Positions 47,073 through 56,948 are shown, counted from the stretch's first letter. The stretch is DNA of 64,000 nt from Deltaproteobacteria bacterium (GCA_040218735.1 JAVJQW010000012.1:192001-256000), one strand, 5' to 3'. Made by a program: numbers and translations. The notes: generated by a model from the sequence alone, not told the origin.

Positions 47073-48920
47073 TCACTCGACGAGCGCCCCGTAGTAGACC
47101 GCCGGGTCGACCGGCCGCCCCATCTCCCGCACCTCGAAGTGCAGGTGCGGGCCGGTGCTGACGCCCGTGTTCCCCACCGCACCGATCCGCTCGCCCGCTT
47201 TGACACACTGACCGACTTCCACGTCCACGGCGTCGAGGTGGTAATAGCGCGTCTGCACGCGACCGTGTTGCAGGACGACGTAGCGGCCGCGCGCGTCGGT
47301 GCCGGCGGCGTCGACGCTCCGCACGACGCCGGGGAGCGGCGCGTGGACCGCGGTACCGAGCGCGTGCCGGACGTCGATGCCCTGGTGGTCGTAGGGCTCC
47401 TTTCGGATCGGGTGGGTTCTCGGCCCGAAGCCGAGCCGGACGTCGTCCAGCGCGACCGGTGCCTTCATCTGCTCGCGCAGCCGCGCGCGGGTGCGTTCGA
47501 GGAGCCGCGACAACGTGGGCGACGTCGGCTGCTTGCGCTCGGACCACAGCGCCATCACCTGCTCGGCGTAGCGGACGCTCTCGTCGGGGAGCGGTCGGTG
47601 GCGATCGACGTGGGCCTGCACCTGCTCCGGCCCCGCGTTGTACGCGGTGACCGCGAGGCGGAGCTCGCCGAACCGGTCGAGCTGCTGCGCGAGGTACCAG
47701 GCGCCGAAGTCGACGTTGAGCTCCGGGTCGTAGATCGATGCGTCCGGCGCATCGAGCCCGCGCGCCTCGGCGATCCGCCGCGCCGTCTGCGGCATGATCT
47801 GCATGAGCCCCGCGGCCCCCGCCGGGCTCTCCGCGTCCGGGTCGCCGCCCGACTCGATCAACATCATCGCCGCGACGAGATCGGCGTCGACGCCGTGCCG
47901 CTCCGCGGCCCGCAGGACGACCTCGGCGTGCTGGCTCACATCGGGCGGGAGCCACGCGGCGAGGAGCGCCCGGTTCGCGGCTTTTGCTCCGACCCCCGTG
48001 GCCAGCGCAGCGACGATGGTCACCAACACGACCAAGCCGCCGAGCGCCGACGGCCCGGGGCGCGACGCGGGCGCGGTCGGCTGAAGGATGCGTAGGATTC
48101 GTTTCTTCAAGGGACCTCCGGATGCGCCCAGGGCGAGCGCGGGGACTGCGCCGCGGAGTTGCTCGAGCTCGACCAACGCTCGGGCGTAACCGAGTCGATC
48201 CTCGAGCAAGTGGGCAGCGTCGTCGTCGCAGCAGTATTCACGTTCGACGCGCATCCGATGGGAGAGCCACCAGACCGCAGGGTGATAGAACAACAGCGCC
48301 TCCACCACCGATTGGAGGAGGTTCACGAGGTAGTCGTGCCGGCGGACGTGCATGAGCTCGTGCGCGAGCAAGGCTTCGACGCAGTCCAAGGAGACGCCGC
48401 TCGCCAGCGACAGCGGGACGAGCACGATGGGGCGCAAGGCTCCGACCACCATCGGGACGTCCGCGACTCGCGACGCTCGAACTTCGATCCGCCTCGTGAT
48501 CCCCGCGAGCGAGACGAGGCGATCACAGACGTCGAGCCACACGCGCGCGACGGTCGCCTCTGCGCTCGCGACGCCGCGACGCAACCGCAGCCACGACGCC
48601 CCGAGGCGGAGCAACATCAGCGCCGCGCCACCACACCACCCGACGACGATCCACGACGACGGCGATAGCGCGGCGGGCGCGCCCAGCGCCGTGGATCCGA
48701 CGGCGTGACTCGAAGCGAGCCCGTACCAGGTGACGACGAGGCACACGGGGAGCGCGAAGAACCCCGCCGTGGCCAAGGCGTACCGCAGACGTGGTCGGTG
48801 CGACCCGGCGAGCGCGTGGAGCGCGGCGTGGACGACGACGATGAACGCGCCCTGCCCGAGGAGGTACACGAGCGCCTCCGCGAGGGCGACCGACCAGCGC
48901 GAGACGAGCAGCTCAGTCAT
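47073..48920 (-). CDS. BlaR1-type M56 peptidase fused to SLT lytic transglycosylase and M23 peptidase
   Basis: HELMH, EREYCCDD; IESGG..GLMQIMP..AYNAGP; HQGID..GPHLHFE. Confidence 0.88.
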   Translation of the reverse strand: MTELLVSRWSVALAEALVYLLGQGAFIVVVHAALHALAGSHRPRLRYALATAGFFALPVCLVVTWYGLASSHAVGSTALGAPAALSPSSWIVVGWCGGAALMLLRLGASWLRLRRGVASAEATVARVWLDVCDRLVSLAGITRRIEVRASRVADVPMVVGALRPIVLVPLSLASGVSLDCVEALLAHELMHVRRHDYLVNLLQSVVEALLFYHPAVWWLSHRMRVEREYCCDDDAAHLLEDRLGYARALVELEQLRGAVPALALGASGGPLKKRILRILQPTAPASRPGPSALGGLVVLVTIVAALATGVGAKAANRALLAAWLPPDVSQHAEVVLRAAERHGVDADLVAAMMLIESGGDPDAESPAGAAGLMQIMPQTARRIAEARGLDAPDASIYDPELNVDFGAWYLAQQLDRFGELRLAVTAYNAGPEQVQAHVDRHRPLPDESVRYAEQVMALWSERKQPTSPTLSRLLERTRARLREQMKAPVALDDVRLGFGPRTHPIRKEPYDHQGIDVRHALGTAVHAPLPGVVRSVDAAGTDARGRYVVLQHGRVQTRYYHLDAVDVEVGQCVKAGERIGAVGNTGVSTGPHLHFEVREMGRPVDPAVYYGALVE

Positions 48921-49311
48921 CGCCCTGCTCCGCCTTGAGCTTCTCGATCATCGTCTCCAGCTCTTCGAGCTCCTCGCGCGACGCACGCTTCGTCGAGAGC
49001 GCGCGCATCGCGAGCTGCGCCGCGGAGCCTTCGAACGCCGCGTCCACGAGCTTCTTCACGAGGTTCTTCTGCGTGCGCGCCGCAGGACGAGTCGGACGGA
49101 AGATGTAGCTGCGCTGGGACGTGTCGCGACGGAGCAGCCCCTTCTGCGTCATGACCTGCATCAGCTTGAGCGTCGTGGTGTAGGCGGTGCTCTGCTCGGC
49201 GGCGAGCGCGTCGTGCACCTGACGCACGGTGCTGGGCCCCTCGCGCCAGAGCACGGCGAGGATCGCCAGCTCGGCGTCCGTCGGCATCGGAACGTTCCCC
49301 ATGGCTCGCAT
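48913..49311 (-). CDS. BlaI/MecI/CopY family repressor
   Basis: PTDAELAILAVLW..PSTVRQVH..YTTTLKLMQ..KGLL; start 49311 or 49302. Confidence 0.92.
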   Translation of the reverse strand: MRAMGNVPMPTDAELAILAVLWREGPSTVRQVHDALAAEQSTAYTTTLKLMQVMTQKGLLRRDTSQRSYIFRPTRPAARTQKNLVKKLVDAAFEGSAAQLAMRALSTKRASREELEELETMIEKLKAEQGDD

Positions 49312-49316
49312 CAATA

Positions 49317-49354
49317 TACGAAGACCTTCGTAGATGTCTACGAAGATCTTCGTA
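49317..49354. promoter_or_regulatory. Tandem BlaI-type operators
   Basis: TACGAAGACCTTCGTA (49317-49332) and TACGAAGATCTTCGTA (49339-49354). Confidence 0.85.
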
Positions 49355-49464
49355 CGATGAACCAACTAGCCCGGAGTCGCCGCAGGGGGCCCGGGGAGCC
49401 CCGGATCGGGCCTCGCTGCTTTCGTGGCGATCGACCGCCCAAAAGGCGTAGACTTCGCTCGTTC

Positions 49465-51045
49465 GTGGCGTCCGCGCTCCCCAACGCGATCGGCCGGTAT
49501 CGCATCCTCTGTGAGCTCGGGCAGGGCGGGATGGCCGTGTTGTATCTGGGCCGGGCGGTGGGGCCCGGCGGTTTCCAGCGCCTGTTCGCGATCAAGACGA
49601 TCCACGAGCAGTACTCCCGCGAGGAGGCGTTCGTTCAGATGTTCCTGGACGAGGCCCGGTTGGCCGCGCGGATTCATCACCCGAACGCCGTGCCGGTGTA
49701 CGAGGTCGGCGCCGACCAGGGGCGCCATTACATCGCGATGGAGTACGTGGACGGCGAGACGCTCTCGTCCACCATCTCCAAGGTCTGGAAGGCCGAGCCT
49801 CCCTTCCCGGTGGGCACCGCGCTACACATCGTCGAAGGCGTCTGCGAAGCCCTCCACGCGACCCACGAGCTCACCGACTCCACGGGCGCTTCCCTGAACG
49901 TCGTCCATCGCGACGTCTCGCCGCAGAACATCATGGTCGGCTACGACGGTATCCCGCGCCTGATGGACTTCGGGGTGGCGAAGGCCGCCGACCAGCTCGC
50001 GCACACGCGACCCGGCGTGAACAAGGGCAAGGTCGCGTATATGGCGCCCGAGCAGCTATCCGGCGGTACCTTGGATCGACGCGTCGACGTGTTCGCCCTC
50101 GCCGTCGTGCTGTGGGAGGCGCTCGCGGGCCGCCGCCTCTTCAAGGGCGAAAACGACTTCGTGACCGCCGACCGGATTCGCGCCGGCGTCATCCCGAAGC
50201 TCGACAACTTTCGCGACGACGTCCCGCCCGAGATCGGCCCCCTCCTGCGACGCGCGCTCGCCAAGGACCCGGCCCGTCGCCCCGCCTCCGCGCGCGACTT
50301 CGGCCGCGCGATCCGCGAGGTCGCGATGGAGCACCGCCTCCTCGTGTCCACGCCGGAGGTCGCAGAGGTGATGCGTCGGGTCTTCGCGAAGCGCTACGCG
50401 AAGCGGCAGGAGCTCGTCCGGCAGGCCTCCGAGCTGGGCGTCGTGGAGTCGACCGAGCTGTTGGGCGACGACGACGGCGCGCGCGCCTTCAACCACATCC
50501 CCACCGTCACCGGTGAGTTGTCCGTCGAACGCAGCCGCACCGAAGCCGGCGCCGCGGAGGGCTCCGCGAGCGCGTTCGTCCCGGAAGCCGCCACCACGAT
50601 CCGAAGGCGCACGGTCTTCCTCACCTTCGCCGGCGTCGCGCTCCTCGCGGCGCTGATGACGTTCGCCGTCCAGGCGTGGCTCACCGAGCCCGCGGAGACC
50701 CCGGTCCAGATCGTCACGCGACCGACGCCGGTCACGCCGAAGGTCGTCGAGCCGATCCGCATCGAGTTCGACGTGACGCCAGCGTCCGCGAAGCTGAGCG
50801 TGGACGACAAGCCGATCACCAAGACCCTCGTGCAAGAGCCCTCGGATCGCGAGCTCGTCGTGCACGTCTCGGCCGATGGCTTCGAGCCTCAGACCCGCGT
50901 CGTCCGACCGAACCGCACTCAGCGCGTCACCGTCGAGCTGACCCCGATCCCCGAGGTCAGACCCGATCCGCCTCCACCTCCCAAGCGACGCCGCCGCCCG
51001 GACCGAGGCAACCAACGGCTCCTGCTGGAGGGCGACGAGTTATGA
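49465..51045 (+). CDS. Membrane Ser/Thr protein kinase with PEGA-like C-terminus
   Basis: LGQGGMA, FAIK, HRDVSPQN, DFG, YMAPEQ; TM; start GTG 49465. Confidence 0.92.
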   Translation: MASALPNAIGRYRILCELGQGGMAVLYLGRAVGPGGFQRLFAIKTIHEQYSREEAFVQMFLDEARLAARIHHPNAVPVYEVGADQGRHYIAMEYVDGETLSSTISKVWKAEPPFPVGTALHIVEGVCEALHATHELTDSTGASLNVVHRDVSPQNIMVGYDGIPRLMDFGVAKAADQLAHTRPGVNKGKVAYMAPEQLSGGTLDRRVDVFALAVVLWEALAGRRLFKGENDFVTADRIRAGVIPKLDNFRDDVPPEIGPLLRRALAKDPARRPASARDFGRAIREVAMEHRLLVSTPEVAEVMRRVFAKRYAKRQELVRQASELGVVESTELLGDDDGARAFNHIPTVTGELSVERSRTEAGAAEGSASAFVPEAATTIRRRTVFLTFAGVALLAALMTFAVQAWLTEPAETPVQIVTRPTPVTPKVVEPIRIEFDVTPASAKLSVDDKPITKTLVQEPSDRELVVHVSADGFEPQTRVVRPNRTQRVTVELTPIPEVRPDPPPPPKRRRRPDRGNQRLLLEGDEL

Positions 51046-51860
51046 GGGCGGTGCTGACGATCGCCGTCGCGCTGTTCGTGTCGACGGCCGCGACGCAGGT
51101 CCTCGCCGCGCGTCCGCCGAGCCCCAAGCGCACGGCGTCGGCGCTCATCAACGAAGGCAACAAGTTGATGCGCAAGCGCGACTACCGCGCCGCGCTCGCG
51201 CGTTACCGGGCGGCGCACGAGCTGTACCCGACGCCGAAGATTTTCTTCAACATGGCGGAGGCGAGCATCGAGCTCGGTGAGCTCGTCCAGGCGGCCGAGT
51301 ACTACGAGCGGTTCATCGCCGAGTCGGGCGTGCGCAAACGCTCGAAGCTCCGCCGCGCGGCGAAGCGGCGCCTGAAGCGCCTGGGTAAGAAGCTCTCCAG
51401 GATCGACGTGAGCCAGCGCGCCGTCGGCGCAACCGTCTTCATCGATGGCACGAAGGTCGGGACGGCGCCGCTCAGCGGACACCGCGTCGTCGCGGGCACC
51501 CACGAGGTCGTCCTCGACAAGGCGGGGTTCCTGACGCGCACGATCCAGCTCGAGTGTCCGGCGGGCGAGCGGGTCGCGGTCGACGAGGCGCTCGAAGCGC
51601 GCGCGCCATCGCCACCTCCAGTGGCCGTCGCGCCGCCCCCTCCGGCGCCCCCTCCGCCTCCGCCGCCGCAGATCGTCGCGGCGCCCGTGGAACCCGAGGT
51701 CGACGAACCGCTCACCTCGAAGTGGTGGTTCTGGACGGCGGTCGTCGGCGCAGTCGCAGCGGGTGGCGTCGCAACCGCGTTGGTCGTCACGCGCTCGGAC
51801 GACTTCGCGCTCGACGCGGACCTCGGCGTCAGCTCGACCGCGGACTGGGAACGCCAGTAG
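51042..51860 (+). CDS. TPR + PEGA domain protein
   Basis: ATGA overlap with kinase; signal peptide, TPR helices, GATVFIDG PEGA, KWWFW TM anchor. Confidence 0.85.
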   Translation: MRAVLTIAVALFVSTAATQVLAARPPSPKRTASALINEGNKLMRKRDYRAALARYRAAHELYPTPKIFFNMAEASIELGELVQAAEYYERFIAESGVRKRSKLRRAAKRRLKRLGKKLSRIDVSQRAVGATVFIDGTKVGTAPLSGHRVVAGTHEVVLDKAGFLTRTIQLECPAGERVAVDEALEARAPSPPPVAVAPPPPAPPPPPPPQIVAAPVEPEVDEPLTSKWWFWTAVVGAVAAGGVATALVVTRSDDFALDADLGVSSTADWERQ

Positions 51861-54683
51861 CTACTGCTCGTAGCAGCCGCGATCCACGTTCGGGACCGTA
51901 CGCGTCACGCCGTCGAGTGAGACCCCGAGCGACAGCTCGGTCCACACCGTCGCGGGGTCCACGCCGGAGTCGCGGGCCGGGGCGATGGGCGTCAGGTGAC
52001 TGTCGTTCGGACCGCTGAAGAGCATGTCGTCGTTCACGACCCCGCCGACCTCTTCGAGGCCGTCGAGGTCGTACGTGCCGGACGCCGCCGTGAAGTCACC
52101 GAATACGGTGCCAAAACCTCGGTGATGCACCGCGTAGGCGCCGAAGCTCATCGGCGGGTCGAGCGCGAGCACGCCCGTGTCGTTCTGACTGCGGCGCTGC
52201 GCCCGGAACAGCGCCGTCGTCGTCGCCGTCGAGCTGGCCTCGACGATCGTGTTGACGAACCGGGCCTGGTCGACGTTGGCGATCTCGAACCCGGACACGG
52301 GGTGGTGCAGCGGCGGCGCGCCCTGGAGCCTGCAAGTCAGGTTGACGATGGCCGCGGTCACCGCGGGGTACTCGGAGCTGCTCGGGTTCCCTCCGGCGAC
52401 GCGCGCGCAGGTGCTCCAAGCGCCGCGTACCAGGACGTCCTGAACGATGACCCCCTGGCCGACGACGAAGCCCCAGAACAGGCCGCGGTTGGCGTCGTTG
52501 TCCGTTCGGATCTCGACCTGGCGAACGACGTGATGAGCCGGCAGGTCCATCCAGGCCCGGACACCCTCGACGAAGATCCCCGCCTCACCGACGCGCTGGT
52601 TTGCGTTCGCCACCACGGTGAGGTTGCTGACCTGCATCGGCGGCGCCGCGTCGGTCGTCAGCGCAATGACCGCGCGGTGGGAGGTCCACGCGCCGTTCTG
52701 CCGCAGCCAGACGTCTTCGTCGCGGCCCTCGAGGACGATCTCGTCCGCGGAGCCGCCCACGCCGACGATGTCGATCGGCCACGACACGACGACGTTGCCG
52801 GCGTAGGTCCCCGGCTCGATCTCGAGTCGCCCTCCGGGCCACAGGCTCCACGCCGCACGCTGGATCTCGTTGTCGTCCGCGGTCGTGAAGTCACACGCTG
52901 CGCAGGTACTCGGCCCGACACGAGCGACGGTGCGTCGCGGTCCGTCGTGGTCGCTGCGGTTCTGGAACGCGCCGGGCAGCACCCGGGTCCTCCCGTCGAT
53001 CGGGACGCCATCGAAGCTGACCCCGACCGCAGGGACGAGCACGCTGGCGGGCGGAGGCGTCGCGTCGGCGAAGAAGCGCGGGTCCAGCGGCGAGTCGATG
53101 TCCGCTCCGAGGGTGTTGTCGACGACGCGGTTGCTTGCATCGAACTCGTCGAGCCCACGCACGATGGCCGCCGGCGTCCCCTCGTGGACGTTGCCGGCGA
53201 CGGTCAGGCTCGACGTCGCGGTGCTGCCCACGATCAACGAGGTCGTTGCGCCGGACATCGTGACGAAGACGTTGTTGGCCACCGTGAGCCCCTGCGTCCC
53301 CGCCGCGGCGATCGTCGCGTCGTGACTCTGGTAGCTGACGTACGTGTTGTTGATGAGCCGGGAACGGTGCGCGAAGGACAGATCGCCGATGCCCTCCCAG
53401 TGACCGAAGATCCACGAGTTGGTGAGGTCGGTGTCCTCACTCAGACCCACCGCGAACTGAATGCTGTTGGCGCCGAACACCTCCGGGCGAATCGCGGCGA
53501 GGATCATTCGATCGATCTCGTGGCGACCGGTGCCGTCCTCGGCGACCTCTTCCGTCCAGGTGTCGATCAACTGATCGCAGGAGCCGGCAGACACGATCGA
53601 GAAGCCCTCCACGCGCACGCCGTCGCCGAGGAGGCGTACGCCACGAGCGTTCTGGCAACGCAGGTTGACGTCCTGGGGGCTGCGTCCCGCCGCCGCGCCG
53701 ATCCACGTGAGGCCCGGGAGCTGGATCCCTCCGGCCGGTGACTCGAAGTAGGACGGACCGTCGAGGTCGTCGTACAGGATCAAGTGATCGTACGGCTGCG
53801 CGGCCTGGGCGGCCTCGGCGACGGCGAGCTCGCCGACGAAGGTGCACACGGAGGACATCATGTTCTGCGGCGTGAGGTGCGGACAGGTCGCGTTGTCCGG
53901 GCCGACATAGACCGGCCGGAACAGCCGAAACGCCACGCGGACCTCGGCCGGGTCGAGCGCGCCCGCCGTAATCGCGACCGTCGCGGAGTACACACCCTCG
54001 GTGAGGGGCGCGGTGTCGACCGTGAGCGTGAGGGTGTGGTGGTCGTCGCCCGCGTCCACGAAGTCCGCCGTCATCCAGGGCTCGGTCGACGCGGAGAGCT
54101 CGGACGTGGCGCCGGGGTAGTCGACGTCGACCTCGAAGGTCAGCTCGGTGCCGCGATCCACCCACGGACGATCGAAGCTCGCCGGGCTCACGAGGATGCC
54201 GGGCGGGCGGCCCCCGTCGCGAACGCCGCCGTCGCGGGGCTCCTCTCCGCCGTCGCGGACACCAGCGTCGCGCGTGCCGCCGTCCCGCTCCTCGGCGGCG
54301 CCGAGGACGACCTCCAACGTGTTGCAGGCGTCGACCGAGCCGACGACGCTGGCCGTCCCGCGCGCGAGGAGCACGCCCGAGGCCTGCGTCGTGTCGTAGG
54401 CGGCAACGGTGAGCGTGAGGGGGTAGCCGGCCGAGGTCGGCGCGGGGTCGAAGGTCACCGCGAAGCTCGTCGAGTCACCTTCGAGCATCGCGACGTCGAA
54501 CACCCGGCGGTAAGTGTCGTCGTCGACCTCGAGTGTGGCTTCGAGCGAGCGCGTTCGTGTGGCGAGCGCGGCGTCGTCGATCCGGATCGTCGCGATCGCC
54601 CCGGGTGGTGCGTCGGAGCACGGCTCGCCGCCGGAGCACGCGAACAAGACGCCGCAGACCCATACCGAGACAGACCGACGCAC
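51861..54683 (-). CDS. Large lipoprotein with Ig/BACON-like and parallel beta-helix-like regions
   Basis: Lipobox LFAC; RDGG linker; INNT, VANNVF repeats; ends VDRGCYEQ. Confidence 0.72.
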   Translation of the reverse strand: MRRSVSVWVCGVLFACSGGEPCSDAPPGAIATIRIDDAALATRTRSLEATLEVDDDTYRRVFDVAMLEGDSTSFAVTFDPAPTSAGYPLTLTVAAYDTTQASGVLLARGTASVVGSVDACNTLEVVLGAAEERDGGTRDAGVRDGGEEPRDGGVRDGGRPPGILVSPASFDRPWVDRGTELTFEVDVDYPGATSELSASTEPWMTADFVDAGDDHHTLTLTVDTAPLTEGVYSATVAITAGALDPAEVRVAFRLFRPVYVGPDNATCPHLTPQNMMSSVCTFVGELAVAEAAQAAQPYDHLILYDDLDGPSYFESPAGGIQLPGLTWIGAAAGRSPQDVNLRCQNARGVRLLGDGVRVEGFSIVSAGSCDQLIDTWTEEVAEDGTGRHEIDRMILAAIRPEVFGANSIQFAVGLSEDTDLTNSWIFGHWEGIGDLSFAHRSRLINNTYVSYQSHDATIAAAGTQGLTVANNVFVTMSGATTSLIVGSTATSSLTVAGNVHEGTPAAIVRGLDEFDASNRVVDNTLGADIDSPLDPRFFADATPPPASVLVPAVGVSFDGVPIDGRTRVLPGAFQNRSDHDGPRRTVARVGPSTCAACDFTTADDNEIQRAAWSLWPGGRLEIEPGTYAGNVVVSWPIDIVGVGGSADEIVLEGRDEDVWLRQNGAWTSHRAVIALTTDAAPPMQVSNLTVVANANQRVGEAGIFVEGVRAWMDLPAHHVVRQVEIRTDNDANRGLFWGFVVGQGVIVQDVLVRGAWSTCARVAGGNPSSSEYPAVTAAIVNLTCRLQGAPPLHHPVSGFEIANVDQARFVNTIVEASSTATTTALFRAQRRSQNDTGVLALDPPMSFGAYAVHHRGFGTVFGDFTAASGTYDLDGLEEVGGVVNDDMLFSGPNDSHLTPIAPARDSGVDPATVWTELSLGVSLDGVTRTVPNVDRGCYEQ

Positions 54684-54782
54684 GGCTCAGAGTGTGCCAG
54701 GCACCGAGGACGGGATCGACTCTTGCGCAGTCGGGCTCCCCTGGTGCACCGTCTCGGTCCTCGACCGAAAGGAGGCCGTACC

Positions 54783-54842
54783 ATGTCTGCATCTCATCGC
54801 ACCGTCCCGACGCGCCTCTCTTCGGAGCGCGTCTCCCTCTGA
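54783..54842 (+). CDS. Putative 19-aa leader peptide MSASHRTVPTRLSSERVSL
   Basis: Strong SD AAAGGAGG before ATG 54783; stop just before the next SD. Confidence 0.5.
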   Translation: MSASHRTVPTRLSSERVSL

Positions 54843-54855
54843 CCAAGGAGACATC

Positions 54856-55224
54856 ATGGGCAATTCGCGTCGGCGGCGGCAGATGCCGTCGCCGTTCGCT
54901 TCGGATCCACTCGCCGACGAGCGAGGTTTCGACAAACGCAAGCTCCGCCAGCTGTGCCGGCAGGTCGAACGTGCGCTGACGTGTGCGCTCGACGACGTCG
55001 GGCTCTCGCACCTGGCGCTCACCGCCGTGCTCCCGTGGCCGAACTCGAGTCGGCTGCTGGTGGCGGTGCAGCCGACCGAGGACGGTGAGATCGATCGCGA
55101 TGCGATCCTCGACGAGCTGCGCGCGGCAAAGAGTGAGCTGAGGATGGTGGTCGCCGAGGCGATTCACCGGAAGCGAACGCCGGAGCTGTGTTTCGAGATC
55201 CTGTTGGATCCGAGCGAGGCATGA
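54856..55224 (+). CDS. RbfA-like protein (stand-alone paralogue)
   Basis: SD AAGGAG; RKLRQLCRQV, PWPNSSRLLV, AEAIHRKRTPELCF. Confidence 0.72.
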   Translation: MGNSRRRRQMPSPFASDPLADERGFDKRKLRQLCRQVERALTCALDDVGLSHLALTAVLPWPNSSRLLVAVQPTEDGEIDRDAILDELRAAKSELRMVVAEAIHRKRTPELCFEILLDPSEA

Positions 55225-55227
55225 ACC

Positions 55228-55264
55228 GAGCGGGGCGTCCCTGACGGGGGCGCCCCGCTCTTTT
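55228..55264 (+). terminator. Intrinsic terminator
   Basis: GAGCGGGGCGTCCC-loop-GGGGCGCCCCGCTC-TTTT. Confidence 0.85.
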
Positions 55265-55343
55265 AGTTGTCGGCCAATTGGCTCACGCCGTCGAAGGCGC
55301 GCCGGCAAGGACACCCTGGTCGCGGCGTAGTAACCAGTCGCCC

Positions 55344-56948
55344 GTGGATCACGTCTTCCTCCGCACCGCGCAAGCCGCGAACCAGATTCCGCAAGATCTC
55401 CCCGAGGACGCTGAGCGTCGGCGGCGGGACGAACGACAACGCTGCGCCGAGCACGACTGCGACCTCGAACCCGTCGTCATCACCACCTACGGCGACCTCG
55501 CTGACCCCGCGGTGTGGCGCGCACGACCGCTCGCCCACGACGGGTGGAAGTGCCCGGTCGGTGATCACCTCGTGCTCGGCGCGATCCTGTCGCCGGAGCA
55601 GATCACCGCGTTGTCCGACGCAGGCGGCCGCGCCGCGCAGGCCGGCGACCTCGACGCCGCCGAGTACAACTTCCGGCGCATCGTCAGCGCGTGGCCCGGG
55701 TTCGCAAGTGGGCACTCGAACCTCGGCGCGGTGTACCTCGACCGCGTCGGCGCCGCGCAGCGCGCGGGTGAGGAGTTCCGACCGCTCCTCGACGTCGCGA
55801 TCCGCGAGCTGAGCCGCGCGCTCGACTGCGATCCGCCGGCGGGCGCGCAGACCCGCGTGATGCTCGGGCGCATCCAGGCGCGGCTCGGGCAGATCGCGGA
55901 GGCCTACGCGACGCTGAACCCCATCTTCGACGACCCGGACGCACCGCGGGCGTTCATCGACATGGCGCACGAGCTGGTGGCCTCGCTCCCGCCGGCGCCG
56001 GGCCCTCGCTTCGAACACCAAGACGTCGTGCTCACGCTCCCCGACGGCTGGCGCGCCGTGGACCCCGGCGGTCTGTCAGCGATGTTCGAGGGCCCCGACC
56101 ACGAGATGGTGAACGTCGCGCTCATGCCGAGCCCAGCGTGCAGCGAGGCGCACCTCGAGCACATGATGACGTTCCATCAGCAGGGCCTGCAGAAGAACTA
56201 CCCGCAGGTGCACCCCGAGCCCGCGCGGCGTTCGGATCGACCGGCGTACCTGTGCGCGAATCGCGTCTATCACGTGGACGGTGACGGGAAGCCGTGGACC
56301 GTCACCGCGCGGTACGCGATCTGCCGGTCGGCGAACCTGCAGGCGGGCATGACGTACCCGGCGGTGCAGATCGTCTACTACGGATCGAGCTGGGGTCCGT
56401 CGGCCGCGGTGATCGAAGCGATCGAGAACGCGCAGCTCTTCGGGCGGGTGGCGGCGGTGGTCGAGGCCATGCAACCCCCGGTGGCTTCACTCGAAGAGGC
56501 GATCGAGCGCGCAGAGCTCGGCGCGAGTCGCGCGGCGATCGAATCACACTGGCCCCGCGACACGCAGTGGACCTGGGACGACGCCAAGCAGACCTTGAGC
56601 GGGCGCCCCGAACCCATCGCGCCGTTCAGTTTGACCTACGAGCTCCCCGACGATCGCCTGGCCGCGATTCGCATCCTGATCCGCGCGCCGGGGGACTGGA
56701 GCACGATGGAGCTCCTCGAGGAGCACCTCCGGTATCAGCTCCCGAGCTTCACGTTTCTTTCGGTGCGCGATCCGTGGTCCCTGGATTCGGCGCGAGGGCG
56801 CCTCGAAGGCAAAGGCAACCCACGTTTCATGATGGGCGTCCCGATCGCAGGGACGAAGGACGGTACCCAGGTCAGCGGGAAGGCGTTTGCGTTCAACGTC
56901 GAGGGTCGGCAGCACTACGGGTTCGAGCTCATCTGGCGACCGCGCTGA
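55344..56948 (+). CDS. TPR-containing hypothetical protein
   Basis: AAQAGDLDAAEYNFRR..GHSNLGAVY TPR-like; start GTG 55344 uncertain. Confidence 0.65.
   Translation: MDHVFLRTAQAANQIPQDLPEDAERRRRDERQRCAEHDCDLEPVVITTYGDLADPAVWRARPLAHDGWKCPVGDHLVLGAILSPEQITALSDAGGRAAQAGDLDAAEYNFRRIVSAWPGFASGHSNLGAVYLDRVGAAQRAGEEFRPLLDVAIRELSRALDCDPPAGAQTRVMLGRIQARLGQIAEAYATLNPIFDDPDAPRAFIDMAHELVASLPPAPGPRFEHQDVVLTLPDGWRAVDPGGLSAMFEGPDHEMVNVALMPSPACSEAHLEHMMTFHQQGLQKNYPQVHPEPARRSDRPAYLCANRVYHVDGDGKPWTVTARYAICRSANLQAGMTYPAVQIVYYGSSWGPSAAVIEAIENAQLFGRVAAVVEAMQPPVASLEEAIERAELGASRAAIESHWPRDTQWTWDDAKQTLSGRPEPIAPFSLTYELPDDRLAAIRILIRAPGDWSTMELLEEHLRYQLPSFTFLSVRDPWSLDSARGRLEGKGNPRFMMGVPIAGTKDGTQVSGKAFAFNVEGRQHYGFELIWRPR

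Noticed and set aside
48730-49464. N-terminal extension of the kinase given in the ORF track
   Set aside because: Overlaps the BlaI-like gene and operators on the opposite strand; kinase homology starts near 49465
49465-51860. Kinase + TPR-PEGA pair as a novel system
   Set aside because: Common arrangement in myxobacteria
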